DNA from: an uncultured cyanobacterium
GTDB lineage: Bacteria > Cyanobacteriota > Cyanobacteriia > Cyanobacteriales > Nostocaceae
Assembly: GCA_963740315.1 (NCBI GenBank)
Contig: CAVUDP010000001.1
Span: forward strand, 1,088,001-1,152,000
Length of the DNA stretch: 64,000 nt
Direction: 5' to 3'
This document shows positions 21,239 to 33,646 of this stretch, one piece after another. A program made the position numbers and the translations under genes. The notes under the pieces are model-generated. The model did no database searches, had not been told where the DNA came from, and worked only from the letters and a program-made list of their open reading frames with translations. Numbering within the stretch: the stretch's first letter is position 1; each line of letters starts with the position of its first letter.

Positions 21239-22003
21239 TTACAGATAATTTTCGGTGATTATGCCATCTTCTAAAAATGCTACATTGTCAGCGAAACTCT
21301 GAATGCGGGAATCGTGAGTTACCATGACAACGGTGCTTCCACCATCTTTGGCTAAATTACACAGCAATTCGATAACAGCTTGTCCGTTATGAGAATCTAG
21401 TGCGGCGGTTGGCTCGTCTGCCATAATTAACTTGGGATTACCCGCTAATGCACGGGCGATCGCGATTCGTTGTTTTTGCCCGCCAGATAAGTCGCGGGGA
21501 AGTAAATTGGCTTTATTAGCTAATCCCACCATATCTAATAACTCTAAAGCCTGGTTAGTGGCGGATTTTCCTTTAAAACCTTTAATTTCTAAAGCGACTT
21601 GCACGTTTTCTACTGCATTTAAAGCTCCGAAAAGGTTAAAGCCTTGAAAAATAAAACCAATATTATCTCTTCTAAACTGAGATAATTTCTTGCGAGACAT
21701 CCGCGTAATCTCTTCTCCTAAAAGATGTACTTTTCCAGAAGTAGGAGTCAAAATCCCTGCCAGAATTGATAGTAAAGTGGTTTTTCCGGAACCAGAATGT
21801 CCCATTAACAGCTGGATAGTACCTTTGGGAATATCCAAATCAATTCCTTTGAGTGCTTGGTAGCGTTGTTTCCCAGATTGATACACCATTTCTACTCCTC
21901 TAGCAGAAATAGCAGAACTTTTCAATTTACTTACATCAATAGACTTTGAATCATTCCAATCGATTCTGGAAGTCACTATACATCGATTTTGAGAAATAGT
22001 CAT
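21239..22003 (-). CDS. ABC exporter ATP-binding subunit (DevA/LolD/MacB-like)
   Basis: GHSGSGKT, LSGGQKQR, ADEPTAALD, VTHD. Confidence 0.93.
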   Translation of the reverse strand: MTISQNRCIVTSRIDWNDSKSIDVSKLKSSAISARGVEMVYQSGKQRYQALKGIDLDIPKGTIQLLMGHSGSGKTTLLSILAGILTPTSGKVHLLGEEITRMSRKKLSQFRRDNIGFIFQGFNLFGALNAVENVQVALEIKGFKGKSATNQALELLDMVGLANKANLLPRDLSGGQKQRIAIARALAGNPKLIMADEPTAALDSHNGQAVIELLCNLAKDGGSTVVMVTHDSRIQSFADNVAFLEDGIITENYL

Positions 22004-22129
22004 TTCTTTAGGATAGGGATATTGATTTTTAGGCGAGGTGCAAGGAGAAGCGTAAATTTACTTATAATTTTTCAGTATGAGAATAAAATAATTCACTTTA
22101 GAGATAGAGAACTTTAACCATGTGACAGA

Positions 22130-23380
22130 CTATGCTTTGAACACAATTGCGGGATCGACTTTACTTACTTTTTGAATTGCGAATAAAGCAGAACCAACGC
22201 ACATCAAGACGGTGATCCCAAAAACTCCCACGGCTGTAAATGGAGTAATTAAAATCACAATTCCTTGAGTTGCTAAAGTCCAAGCACCCAGCCCCCAGCA
22301 AAGTAACATTCCTGGAATGTAGCCAAGAATCGCCATCCACAGAGCCTGCTCGATTATTACGCCATATATGACTCTATTTGACGCTCCCATCGCTTTGAGT
22401 GTTCCAAATTCTTTTAAATGGTCGGCAACCGCTGAGTATAAAATCTGACCTACAATTACTATGCCTACAACTACACCAACTGCCGCACCCAAGCCCAAAA
22501 TAAACCCGATACCCGTTGACTGCTGCCAAAATATTCGTATCTTTTTAGACAAGTCTGCGGTGGTATATGCAGTAGTTTCTGGGAAAGTGGCTTCTAAGCG
22601 TTTTTTAAGTTGTTGAATATTTTGACCTGGCTCTGCTTGAATTAACACGTAAGATATAGGCGTATTTAAACTTAAAGGCGGAGGTGGTTCGTTGGCTGAT
22701 TGCTGTTTTTTAGCATCGGCATCTTTTTGATAAACGTTGCGACATTGCAGTTCTTCTCCAACCCACGTACAGTTAACATTTGTGGTGACGCTAGCATTAA
22801 CGTAAGCGTTTGCAGTTTCCAAGGAAGCGAACAAAAAGGGGCTTGAAACAACTGATTGAGTATTTTGGGTTAAGCCAACAACTTGAACTGGTAACGAGCC
22901 AATTTGAGCGGTATCTCCAATCTTTTTGATTTTGAGAGACTTTGAATTAGTTTGATCGATAATTACCGTATAAGGTTTTCTTAGGGATTTTACATTGCCC
23001 TTAACCACGTCTCCGGGTACGAATAATCTTCCATTCGCAGGAAATCCATACACCTTGACTACATTAAGTTTGCCATTGGGAACATTCCACCTAGCCAATC
23101 CTTGAAGTAAAGCTTCGGCTCGTTTTACACCTTCAACTTTTCTAGCTCTAACGGCATAATCGAATATAAGCGGTTGCGTGAGTTCGAGTTGCACCATCTT
23201 ATCGGATGCTAACCAAATATCGGCTCGGGAATTTTCTACTAAAGTTGTGGTAGAACGAATTACCCCATTAAATACCCCAGTCTGGATAGTCACTAAACTG
23301 ACAGCAAACATTATTCCCGCTTGAGCCACTAAAAAACGGGGGATGTCTTCAAATAAGTTTTTGCGAGCGATAGAAACCAT
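22130..23380 (-). CDS. FtsX-like ABC permease (DevC-like)
   Basis: N-terminal TM, large periplasmic loop, EFGTLKAMGA, C-terminal DPAIVF. Confidence 0.88.
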   Translation of the reverse strand: MVSIARKNLFEDIPRFLVAQAGIMFAVSLVTIQTGVFNGVIRSTTTLVENSRADIWLASDKMVQLELTQPLIFDYAVRARKVEGVKRAEALLQGLARWNVPNGKLNVVKVYGFPANGRLFVPGDVVKGNVKSLRKPYTVIIDQTNSKSLKIKKIGDTAQIGSLPVQVVGLTQNTQSVVSSPFLFASLETANAYVNASVTTNVNCTWVGEELQCRNVYQKDADAKKQQSANEPPPPLSLNTPISYVLIQAEPGQNIQQLKKRLEATFPETTAYTTADLSKKIRIFWQQSTGIGFILGLGAAVGVVVGIVIVGQILYSAVADHLKEFGTLKAMGASNRVIYGVIIEQALWMAILGYIPGMLLCWGLGAWTLATQGIVILITPFTAVGVFGITVLMCVGSALFAIQKVSKVDPAIVFKA

Positions 23381-24196
23381 TAATACAGAATCACCAAAAA
23401 AATTTACTTGACTTGCAACTTACCTTTCCTCGTAAATTGATGCAAGAATTTAAAAAATCGTTCCTTATAGTAATTTGGGGCTGAAGTCAATTATGCTAAA
23501 ACACGCGAATAAGGCTATATAGAACATCTATCAGTTCGCAATAAGGCTGTCACTAAAAATCATTAGATAGTCAAATTAGTTTAATTAACGATTCCTAATT
23601 AATAATTTATGATTTACGTTACAAGCTAAAACAATAATACATCTATGTCTTATTCTGAAATAGTTTCAAAGGTATATGTAGGCTTAAAAACAGGGAACAA
23701 AATTGTTTTAGATCGGTGTTATGCTAATTATTCCTTCTACTAATTATCTAATAAAACTAACCAAATAAATCACCGAATCAAGGTTAAATGTTAGATTATA
23801 GTATCAACCAAGGCAATGCTAGCTATGGAACTTTCTGAGAATAATCAAGTCTATCCGATTAAATATTCAATCCAATTAACTTGGCATTAACTTCAAATCC
23901 GTGCATCCAAATATTGATTATATGTAAAATTTCCAAAGTTCCAGATATTAATTAGATCGCGTCCGATCCTGATTTGGATTCGTACAGATGTACGATGTTA
24001 TTGAAAACTACTTCAAACATCATAAAGACTTTAGTTGTAGATTACTTCTCTCGACAGACTGGAATATGAGTAGTAATATTTTTTCACTCCAAGGCTGTTA
24101 TAGTAATATTCCTCTAACTATAGTTAGTTGTTAATAGTTTTGTAAAGTCGCTTCAACGATTGTTAATATTTCCTGAATAATTTCTGTGAGGATGAA

Positions 24197-25900
24197 ATGC
24201 TTAATTTCACGTTAGCCCTATTGACTAATGCGGCAAGATTATCTAAAGCTAATTTTATACGTAAGACTCGTAAACCCACGGTTGCTCAAGAGCAGTTTTT
24301 GTTATCGCTGCTTAAGGCTTATCAGGAAACGGAATTTGGGCGAGAGTATAATTTTCAAGAGATCAAAACTGTAGAACAGTTTCGAGAACGCTTGCCAATT
24401 CTACCTTACAGCAGTTACGAACCTTATTTAGAACGGATTGCTAAAGGCGAACAAAATATTCTCACACCCGATCGCGTTGTTTACCTAAATTTAACGAGCG
24501 GTTCAACTGGAAAACAAAAGTTAATTCCAGTCACTAAAGAATCTCGTAAAGTCTTAAATCGTGCCAATCGGGTTAGCATGGGCTTCGTGGCTGAAGCTAT
24601 ACAAAAGCGGGGTTTACCAATTGGCAAAATATTCTTGACAAGTTCGGTGCAATTATACGGACGTACTAAGGGAGGAATTGATTACGGTCCTGTGAGTGTT
24701 GGGGACTTACGATTAAACAACTTTCTTTATAAGCAGGTATTTGCATTTCCTTATGAAGCCTTGCAGCCAGAAGATAATTTAGCACGCCATTACGTTTGTT
24801 TGCTTTTTGCTTTACGAAATCCGGATTTGAGAATTTGTGCTTTTAACTTCCCAGTTTTGGCACTACAACTATGCAAATATTTGGAATCTCACAGCTTAGA
24901 ACTAATTGAAGATTTAGAACTCGGAACTATTGCTCCTTGGCTGAAGCTAAAACCAGAATTACGCGCAAAACTAGAAACTCAATTTCGTGCATACCCCAAA
25001 CGAGCCGCTCAACTGCGTCAAATCTTGCACGATAAAGGAAGACTTACACCAAAATCAGTTTGGCAAAATCTTTCATTTATTACTACTGCTCGTGGAGGTA
25101 CATCAGATTTTTATCTGCAAAAATTTCCGGAATATTTTGGCGATACTCCCGTTTTTGGTGGTATTTATTCTTCTGCGGAAGCTACTTTCGGTATTCATCG
25201 CGATTTCAATCGTGATGGGTCGATTTTAGCAATTGAAACTGGTTTTTTTGAATTTATTCCTCAAGAGCAATGGGGTGTTTCGCAACCGAAAACACTTTTA
25301 CCCCACGAGGTGAAAGTAGGACAACATTACCGCATTTTGATGTCTAACTACAGCGGTTTTTTCCGCTACGATATCGGCGATGTAGTGGAAGTAGTAGGCT
25401 GGTACGAACAGACTCCTTTAATTGTATTTCGACATCGTTTGGGGGGTATGCTGTCTTCCACAACAGAAAAAACAACTGAATTTCATGTCATTCAGGTGAT
25501 GCAGCAGCTACAAAAAGAATTTAATCTATCTTTAGAGAACTTCTGTATTACTTTATCCGAGGATGAAGTTCCCCCTCATTATTTAGTAAATATTGAATTA
25601 CGATCGGGTCATACTCTTGATAATCCTCAAGAATTTATCATGCAGTTCGATCGCATTTTAAAAGAAGTCCATATTTCTTATGCAACCAAAAGAGCAGCTC
25701 AAGTCCCATCACCACGGTTACGAATTTTAGCTCCTGGAAGTTTCGCGACTATTCGTCAACGGCTTTTAAAAAAAGGAATTCCGGCTTCGCAATTAAAATT
25801 CCCTCACATCAGCGACGATCGACAATTTTTAGCCGGATTAACTGTTGAGCAAGAGGTGAGGATGCCATTAAGCTTATCAGTTGTGAATGCAAATGAATGA
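24197..25900 (+). CDS. GH3 family acyl-adenylating (acyl-acid amido synthetase-like) protein
   Basis: TSGSTGKQKLIP, YSSAEA, FFEFIP, RYDIGDVV. Confidence 0.9.
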   Translation: MLNFTLALLTNAARLSKANFIRKTRKPTVAQEQFLLSLLKAYQETEFGREYNFQEIKTVEQFRERLPILPYSSYEPYLERIAKGEQNILTPDRVVYLNLTSGSTGKQKLIPVTKESRKVLNRANRVSMGFVAEAIQKRGLPIGKIFLTSSVQLYGRTKGGIDYGPVSVGDLRLNNFLYKQVFAFPYEALQPEDNLARHYVCLLFALRNPDLRICAFNFPVLALQLCKYLESHSLELIEDLELGTIAPWLKLKPELRAKLETQFRAYPKRAAQLRQILHDKGRLTPKSVWQNLSFITTARGGTSDFYLQKFPEYFGDTPVFGGIYSSAEATFGIHRDFNRDGSILAIETGFFEFIPQEQWGVSQPKTLLPHEVKVGQHYRILMSNYSGFFRYDIGDVVEVVGWYEQTPLIVFRHRLGGMLSSTTEKTTEFHVIQVMQQLQKEFNLSLENFCITLSEDEVPPHYLVNIELRSGHTLDNPQEFIMQFDRILKEVHISYATKRAAQVPSPRLRILAPGSFATIRQRLLKKGIPASQLKFPHISDDRQFLAGLTVEQEVRMPLSLSVVNANE

Positions 25901-25964
25901 ATTTTGATGATTTAAGTGGAAACGATATTACACCCAGTTTAAGCAACTCGGAAAACAGAAAAAA

Positions 25965-26723
25965 ATGGCAAATATTTTAGGAATACTTGTTAAACAATTA
26001 GAGAAGTTACTAAGTAAAGATGGTTGGTTAGAAAGATTAATCGCTAAAAATTCTCTGGTAGGCAATTCAGTCTTTTTTGATGTCGAAGAGTTCCCCTGGG
26101 CTAAAGATTTAGAAGCTAACTGGATGACGATTCGTCAAGAATTGGAACAGGTACTTGAAAGAGTAGACGAATTACCAAATTTTCAAGATATTTCTAAGCG
26201 TCAATATAGAATTGCTAACGATAATCTTTGGAAAACCTATTTTTTCTATGCATTCGGATTTAAAGCTACTAAAAATTGCGAAAGATGTCCGGAAACTACT
26301 AAATTGCTCGAACAAATACCGGGAATGAAGGTAGCATTTTTCTCGATTCTTGCTCCCGGTAAACATATTCCCAAACATCGCGGTAAACTCAAAACTTTGA
26401 TCCGCTATCATTTGGGGTTAATTGTTCCAGAACCCAAAGAAAAATGTAAGATTCAAATAGCAGATGAAGTTAAATATTGGGAAGAAGGTAAAAGTTTAAT
26501 TTTCGACGATACTTTTTACCATGAAGTTTGGAATGATACGGATGGTTATCGTGTAGTTTTATTTCTAGATATTGCTCGTCCTTTAAAATTTCCCCTTTCT
26601 GTTATCAGTTCCTTAGCTAATAAATTAATTACTGCTTCTCCTATAGTACAAGAAGCGAAAGCTAGTCATAAAACTTGGGAAGATAACTTTGAAGAAAGCG
26701 CAAGATCAAAAGAATTAGTTTGA
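25965..26723 (+). CDS. Aspartyl/asparaginyl beta-hydroxylase (LpxO-like) Fe/2OG dioxygenase
   Basis: FSILAPGKHIPKHRG, RYHLGL, WEEGK...FDDTFYHEVWN...RVVLFLD. Confidence 0.9.
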   Translation: MANILGILVKQLEKLLSKDGWLERLIAKNSLVGNSVFFDVEEFPWAKDLEANWMTIRQELEQVLERVDELPNFQDISKRQYRIANDNLWKTYFFYAFGFKATKNCERCPETTKLLEQIPGMKVAFFSILAPGKHIPKHRGKLKTLIRYHLGLIVPEPKEKCKIQIADEVKYWEEGKSLIFDDTFYHEVWNDTDGYRVVLFLDIARPLKFPLSVISSLANKLITASPIVQEAKASHKTWEDNFEESARSKELV

Positions 26724-26847
26724 ATCAATTCATTGTTATCTATGGGGTGTTAGATTTTTTATTAAATCGATACAGTAGGATGTTGGGAGACGTAGCAGTG
26801 CTACGTCTCTACATTTGTTATCTGGATAAACTAAACCATAAAATAAT

Positions 26848-28050
26848 TCAGTTATCGTATTTAGCCTTTTCAAGTGCTTTACCTTGCTGAATGCTTAAAA
26901 ACGCAGTAACTAAAGATACGACCGCACCTACAAAAAATACTGCAATTCCGCCATTCTTCCAAACTGGTCCAAGGAAAATCGGGGAGAAAAATTGTCCTAA
27001 ATTACTAGCCCCGGTTCCAATTGCTAAAACGCTGGAACGTACTTCTTTCGGGGTTGATTTAGATAAAGCATCGTACAAATTCGGCATAACGATACCGAAT
27101 CCCATCCCGAAAACAATCGCTGTCGGTAAAATAAAATAAACTTGTTCTACAAATGGTATAGTAATTAATGTTACTGCCATCAAGATAAATCCCAGCGCGA
27201 TCGCTTTGGCACTTCCCAAACGCTTAGCTAACTTACTCGCACCCACGGCAGAGATAACAGCCGCACCAATTGCTCGCGATGCTAAAATTGCTCCATTAAG
27301 TACTGTATCCGCTGCGATCGTTTCTTTAAAATGTAGGGGAGCGTAGATAATTACCACATAAAAGATTGCAGATGTCAAGGCTAAAGCTGTAAATAGAGTT
27401 ACGGTACTTGGAGCTCTCAAGCTTTCAATTAATTTATCTTTTTGACCTAAATTTATCGATGAAGAACCTTGACGTTTGCGCTTGGGTAACATTAGGTATG
27501 CCATTAGCGCTGCTGGTAAAGCCAAACCATACATACAAAAGGTAAATCGCCAATTGTAAGAACCAAGCAAACCACCAAGAATCGGAAAAATAATACTGGC
27601 GATCGCCAATGCGCTAGTCGTATAACCCAGGATGCGGGTTCGTTTCTCTCCTTCGTACATACTGCTTAAAATGCCGATACTCGCTGCTGCAACACCACCA
27701 CTAGCAGCCCCCAATAATGCCCGCGATATTAATAATGGGATAAAACTCTGCATCAAAGCCCCGGAACTACCGAAAATTGCGTAGCAAACGAGTGACGGAA
27801 TTAGCACCTTAACTTTACCGATACGGTCGGCGAGAATGCCACAGATCGGACTAAATAAAAAGATTGTCAAGCAATGCATACTGACTAGAATTCCCGACCA
27901 CCGGGGGTCGATCGCAAGTTGTTCCCTTATCTCCGGCATCACTGGTGCAACAACACTTCCCGTCATGGTGGTTAAGCTACCACAAGCAAGTAATACTAGT
28001 AAAATTGGAATTTGTTTGCGAGTTTCTTTACTTAGAAGCGATGCGGACAT
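26848..28050 (-). CDS. MFS transporter
   Basis: About 12 TM helices; GILADRIGK motif A. Confidence 0.9.
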   Translation of the reverse strand: MSASLLSKETRKQIPILLVLLACGSLTTMTGSVVAPVMPEIREQLAIDPRWSGILVSMHCLTIFLFSPICGILADRIGKVKVLIPSLVCYAIFGSSGALMQSFIPLLISRALLGAASGGVAAASIGILSSMYEGEKRTRILGYTTSALAIASIIFPILGGLLGSYNWRFTFCMYGLALPAALMAYLMLPKRKRQGSSSINLGQKDKLIESLRAPSTVTLFTALALTSAIFYVVIIYAPLHFKETIAADTVLNGAILASRAIGAAVISAVGASKLAKRLGSAKAIALGFILMAVTLITIPFVEQVYFILPTAIVFGMGFGIVMPNLYDALSKSTPKEVRSSVLAIGTGASNLGQFFSPIFLGPVWKNGGIAVFFVGAVVSLVTAFLSIQQGKALEKAKYDN

Positions 28051-28385
28051 ATGAATAAAAAATTCCTTAATTATGGTTATTCGTTTGGTATCAAAAAGGT
28101 ATTGAAACTTATTTCAAAAAATTTTGCTGCTTTCAGTATTCTTTTCAAAAAGACAGTCCGCAATGTTGGAACTACAAGTAGATTAAACCAATTTTTGAAT
28201 CGTGAATAGGCAACTGGTATAACAAAATTCCCTCCAATTATTTACTCGGAAGGGAAAATCATACTTTATCTTTTGAATAGTTAAAAGCTTTTACTGTTCC
28301 GCTTTATTAAATAAACAAAGATATTTGAAAATTAAACCCCCCTTTGAAAAGGGGGGAAGGGGGAATAATCCGAGAATTAAACATC

Positions 28386-29702
<1,317 letters not shown>

Positions 29703-29826
29703 TTAAAAAGAAGTGAATAAAATATAATCTACTTTGTTCCTTATCTAAGTGTTTGATAAGTTTGTAGTAAGGACTTTAGTCTTCGGATTTAGGGAACCAA
29801 TGCCCCTACTACGAACCTTTTAATAA

Positions 29827-30660
29827 TTACTTCTGTGGAAGCTTGACGTTAGTTGCCAATCCGAGCATTTGCAATAATCTAATAGTCATCCAAGTCATAT
29901 CAACTTCCCACCATTGCAAACCATGACGTGCAGAATATTGAAAAGCATGATGGTTATTGTGCCAACCTTCGCCGAAAGTTAGTATAGCAACCCACCAACA
30001 GTTAGTGGAGCGATCGCCTGAATCATGAGTACGGTAGCCGATTGTATGACAGACGCTGTTGACGAAGAGTGTAGAGTGAATGCCGACAAACAAGCGGACA
30101 AAGATTCCCCAGACGACAAAAGACCACCCACCGAGGAAATATAAAAGAACTCCTAACGCGACTTGTAACTCTATATAATAACGGTGACAAAAACGATAAA
30201 ATGCATCGTCGGCAATATCTTTTGTCATGCGTGGAAGTTCGGGTTTAGCTGGAACGGTATGCATTAACCAGCCAATGTGGCTCCACCAAAAGCCTTCGCT
30301 AGGTGTATGAGGATCTCCTTTTTCGTCGGAATGCAGATGATGCACTCGGTGATAACCAACCCAACCAAGTACGCCACCTTGAAGAGCTAAAGTACCGCAG
30401 AGAATCAGAAAATACTCCAGCCATTTGGGAACTTGTAAGCTACGATGGGTTGCTAAACGATGAAATCCAAAAGCAATTCCCAAGCCGATTGTCATCCAGT
30501 GCAGTAACAACAGTACCCCTACAGCAGCCCAGCTAAAGTTTTGGGGTAAGAATGCTAGTAATACTGCTACATGAAGAATGACAGTAAAAATAATCACCTT
30601 CAATCGAGGAGAAGGTGGATTTAATTGCGGTAAAGAAGCTTGAGATAAATTGCTAGTCAT
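29827..30660 (-). CDS. Delta-9-type acyl-lipid desaturase (DesC family)
   Basis: His boxes HRLATH, HRVHH, GEGWHNNHH. Confidence 0.92.
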   Translation of the reverse strand: MTSNLSQASLPQLNPPSPRLKVIIFTVILHVAVLLAFLPQNFSWAAVGVLLLLHWMTIGLGIAFGFHRLATHRSLQVPKWLEYFLILCGTLALQGGVLGWVGYHRVHHLHSDEKGDPHTPSEGFWWSHIGWLMHTVPAKPELPRMTKDIADDAFYRFCHRYYIELQVALGVLLYFLGGWSFVVWGIFVRLFVGIHSTLFVNSVCHTIGYRTHDSGDRSTNCWWVAILTFGEGWHNNHHAFQYSARHGLQWWEVDMTWMTIRLLQMLGLATNVKLPQK

Positions 30661-30862
30661 GAATATTTTTTGCTTTACACCTACTAAAACTAAAGATAAT
30701 TTTTCGCTGTACTTTGTGCCGCGTTCCGTTTATGTTGAGAAGATTTAATATTACGGGAAACCTAACCCCCTACCTTCCTCCCCTAAGAGGGAATGGCGAA
30801 AGTTAAGCCTCTCTCCGCATCCGGAAAGAGGTTTTGGGTATTAAGTAATTTTCATCAATTCT

Positions 30863-32458
30863 CTAAACAACTAAAGATTCATTCATCTCAACTTGCTGAG
30901 ACTTTTCTTTGAGATTCGCTGCCCGATAATCTGCTATTTGTCCCTCAATTTCATTCTGAACAACTTGACGGTAATCAATATGATGCTCTAAAAGAGCGCA
31001 CATGGTTATGTAAGAAATTAATACTCTAGAATTATGCTTGAGTATTCCGAAAAGTTGATTCCAGAATTGAAAGCGTGTATTGCGTTTAATACCTTGCCGC
31101 CAAACAATAATTAATAGTGCCTTTAATTCTATTAATTCCGGCATTTTAAACTTTTTCTTGTAAGGGCGAGGCTGCATCTCCAGGTAATGGCGATAAACCC
31201 GTCCCAGGTATTTCTTTGGTTCGTATAGTTCCCAGAAACACTTAACATATTCTGAGGCTAATTCTTCTATGGGACGAGTTGGGACAAAGTTAGTTAAGGA
31301 GGTTGTTTGATTGCCCGTGTTGCCTTTTTGGTCAATCTCCAACAAACGTTGTTCTTTTTCCAATCGATGCCATAATGCTGTATTTGGTAAAGCCTGTAGT
31401 AAACCAAACATTGCATTAGGAATTGCAGTCTTCTCCACAAAATCAATAATGCGATCGCCAGCACCTGCTTTTTCTCCGTCGAAACCGAGAATAAAACCAG
31501 CCATGACTCGCAACCCTTTACGATTAATTGTTTGGACGGCTTCTACTAATGAATCGCGGGTGTTTTGATGCTTTTTGGTTAATGACAAACTATCCGTATC
31601 CGGTGTCTCGATTCCCAAAAATACCGAGCTAAAGTTAGCAGCAATCATCAAATCGAGCAGTTCCTCGTCTTGTGCTAAATCTACTGAAGCTTCTGTTTGT
31701 AAGCTGAATGGATAACCGCGCTCTACCATCCAAGGAATGAGTTCTTTGAGTAGGAGCTTGACATTACGTTTATTACCGATGAAGTTATCATCTACCATAA
31801 ACACCGAATTCCGCCAGCCTAAATCGTACAGTGTTTGTAATTCACCAAGCAGTTGGGCACTCGTCTTTGTACGCGGTTTACGTCCGTAAAGTACGATAAT
31901 GTCGCAAAATTCGCACTGATAAGGACAACCACGGGAAAACTGCACCGACATATCGCTGTAAGCGCCTAATTCCAATAAATCGTATCTTGCTATCGGCGTA
32001 GTAGTAATATCGGGCTTTTCACCATCTGAACGGAATATCCCCGAAGTTTCACCTCTTTGCAGTGCTTCTACAAACAGGGGTAAAGTTATTTCTCCTTCAT
32101 CTAAAACCAGAAAATCTACCCCAGCTTCTTGGGCTTCTTGCGGTACGGAAGTTACGTAAGGACCTCCTACCGCGACTAGTTTATTACGCCGTTTTGCTTC
32201 ACGAATTAAGTGCAGCATATCTGGTTTCTGGACAATCATTCCGGAAACAATAACTAATTCTGCCCATTCCCAATCAGCTTCGGTTTCGGGGCGGATATTG
32301 CGATCGACTAGTCGGAATTCCCAATCTTGAGGTAAGATAGCCGCTACCGTAATTATCCCCAAAGGAGGGACAGTTACTTTGCGTCCAATTAGTTCTATCG
32401 TTTTGTCAAAAGACCAAAAAGATTTCGGGAACTGAGGATATAGCAGTAAAACTCGCAT
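30863..32458 (-). CDS. B12-binding radical SAM protein (DUF4070/HpnP-related family)
   Basis: N-terminal cobalamin-binding region; SRGCPYQCEFC; VDDNFIGN. Confidence 0.9.
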   Translation of the reverse strand: MRVLLLYPQFPKSFWSFDKTIELIGRKVTVPPLGIITVAAILPQDWEFRLVDRNIRPETEADWEWAELVIVSGMIVQKPDMLHLIREAKRRNKLVAVGGPYVTSVPQEAQEAGVDFLVLDEGEITLPLFVEALQRGETSGIFRSDGEKPDITTTPIARYDLLELGAYSDMSVQFSRGCPYQCEFCDIIVLYGRKPRTKTSAQLLGELQTLYDLGWRNSVFMVDDNFIGNKRNVKLLLKELIPWMVERGYPFSLQTEASVDLAQDEELLDLMIAANFSSVFLGIETPDTDSLSLTKKHQNTRDSLVEAVQTINRKGLRVMAGFILGFDGEKAGAGDRIIDFVEKTAIPNAMFGLLQALPNTALWHRLEKEQRLLEIDQKGNTGNQTTSLTNFVPTRPIEELASEYVKCFWELYEPKKYLGRVYRHYLEMQPRPYKKKFKMPELIELKALLIIVWRQGIKRNTRFQFWNQLFGILKHNSRVLISYITMCALLEHHIDYRQVVQNEIEGQIADYRAANLKEKSQQVEMNESLVV

Positions 32459-33106
32459 TTTTATAGCTCTTTTGGTAAATATTGCTGAAGTTATTTTGTC
32501 AGATTGAAATCCGGGAATTGAAGATTTTACGATATGTATTTTTACTTTTTTACTATTGTAATTGCTGATACACTAGTTTTTACTATTGCGGCACAAACCA
32601 TAACAAAATTATGTTTATTCGGTCAACAAAATCTCTATGTATGATTCTTTCTATTTCTTAAGTTCATCGATCGATTGTTAATTCTTGGATTTTAAAATTA
32701 CTACACTTTAACTGGCTGTGTAATTAGCAATAAGGCTACTTATAGGTAATGATAATTAAAAAAAATTATACCGGAGCTACAAAAAAGAATATTATTTTCA
32801 ACTTTTCTGAATTTTCCGGCGTTGTAATATTATTGATGCAATTTTTTATGTAATATTTCTTGATTAATATCGCAAGTATTAACTACTCAACTTAATTTTT
32901 ATTAATCCCAACAAGCTCTAAGATCGCTAATTTAATTTATTCTCACCCTACTGTCTACTGCCTAGATTTTGTAAACATAAAAGCGGAATAGGAGTAATAT
33001 ATCGCAATTTCTACAATATTGAAGACTATTTTCCCTACAATCCTAATTTGAGTCAAACTTTAAGGGCATTCGCCGGTATGTATTTTCCTCGATCGATTCA
33101 AATTTT

Positions 33107-33277
33107 ATTGTATACAATACCCTCGCATATAGATTTGTGGATTTTAGATTGCAAATGTTTTGTGAGACAAAAGCCAAATAAATACATATTATGGATTTAC
33201 TTTTTGCCAGTTTTACATTTTTCTACCTACTACTGAGTTTGTATATTTAATATACAAGTATAAGATTTGTATACAAA
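33107..33277. promoter_or_regulatory. Clustered TTGTAT...ATACAA palindromes, candidate operators
   Basis: ATTGTATACAAT at 33107-18, TTGTATATT-T-AATATACAA at 33239-57, TTTGTATACAAA at 33266-77. Confidence 0.45.
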
Positions 33278-33646
33278 AACATGAGAAAAAACCAAAAAAT
33301 ATGTTGTTATATTTTCAGTAACTATATGTAAGATACTAAGTATATATGTTACATAAAACACTTAAGAATTCAATATACAAGAATATAAAAGTGTCATAAG
33401 GCACTCGACATTTCCGGAAAATCGGATAAAACTATGGAATTAAAGTGACAATTGGACAATTGAAAATTAAAATGCCTAAAATGATGACTTTTCAAAGTTA
33501 TTTAATTTGTTTTGCCTTAAGTTCTTGCTTAATTACTGAGAACTTTGTAAATTTCTAATAAGATTGTCGGCAAGTCTTATAGGATGATACGCTAACTTTC
33601 TGTCGTAATTGCTCATATAGTTAATTACTTATAAGGGAGTAACGCA

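Noticed and set aside
30863..32458. hpnP hopanoid methylase
   Set aside because: The family is related, but there are no hopanoid genes here and cyanobacteria carry non-HpnP paralogues; cannot be assigned without phylogeny
33048..33236. 62-aa ORF in the divergent spacer
   Set aside because: TTG start, AT-rich, no motif; overlaps the candidate operators
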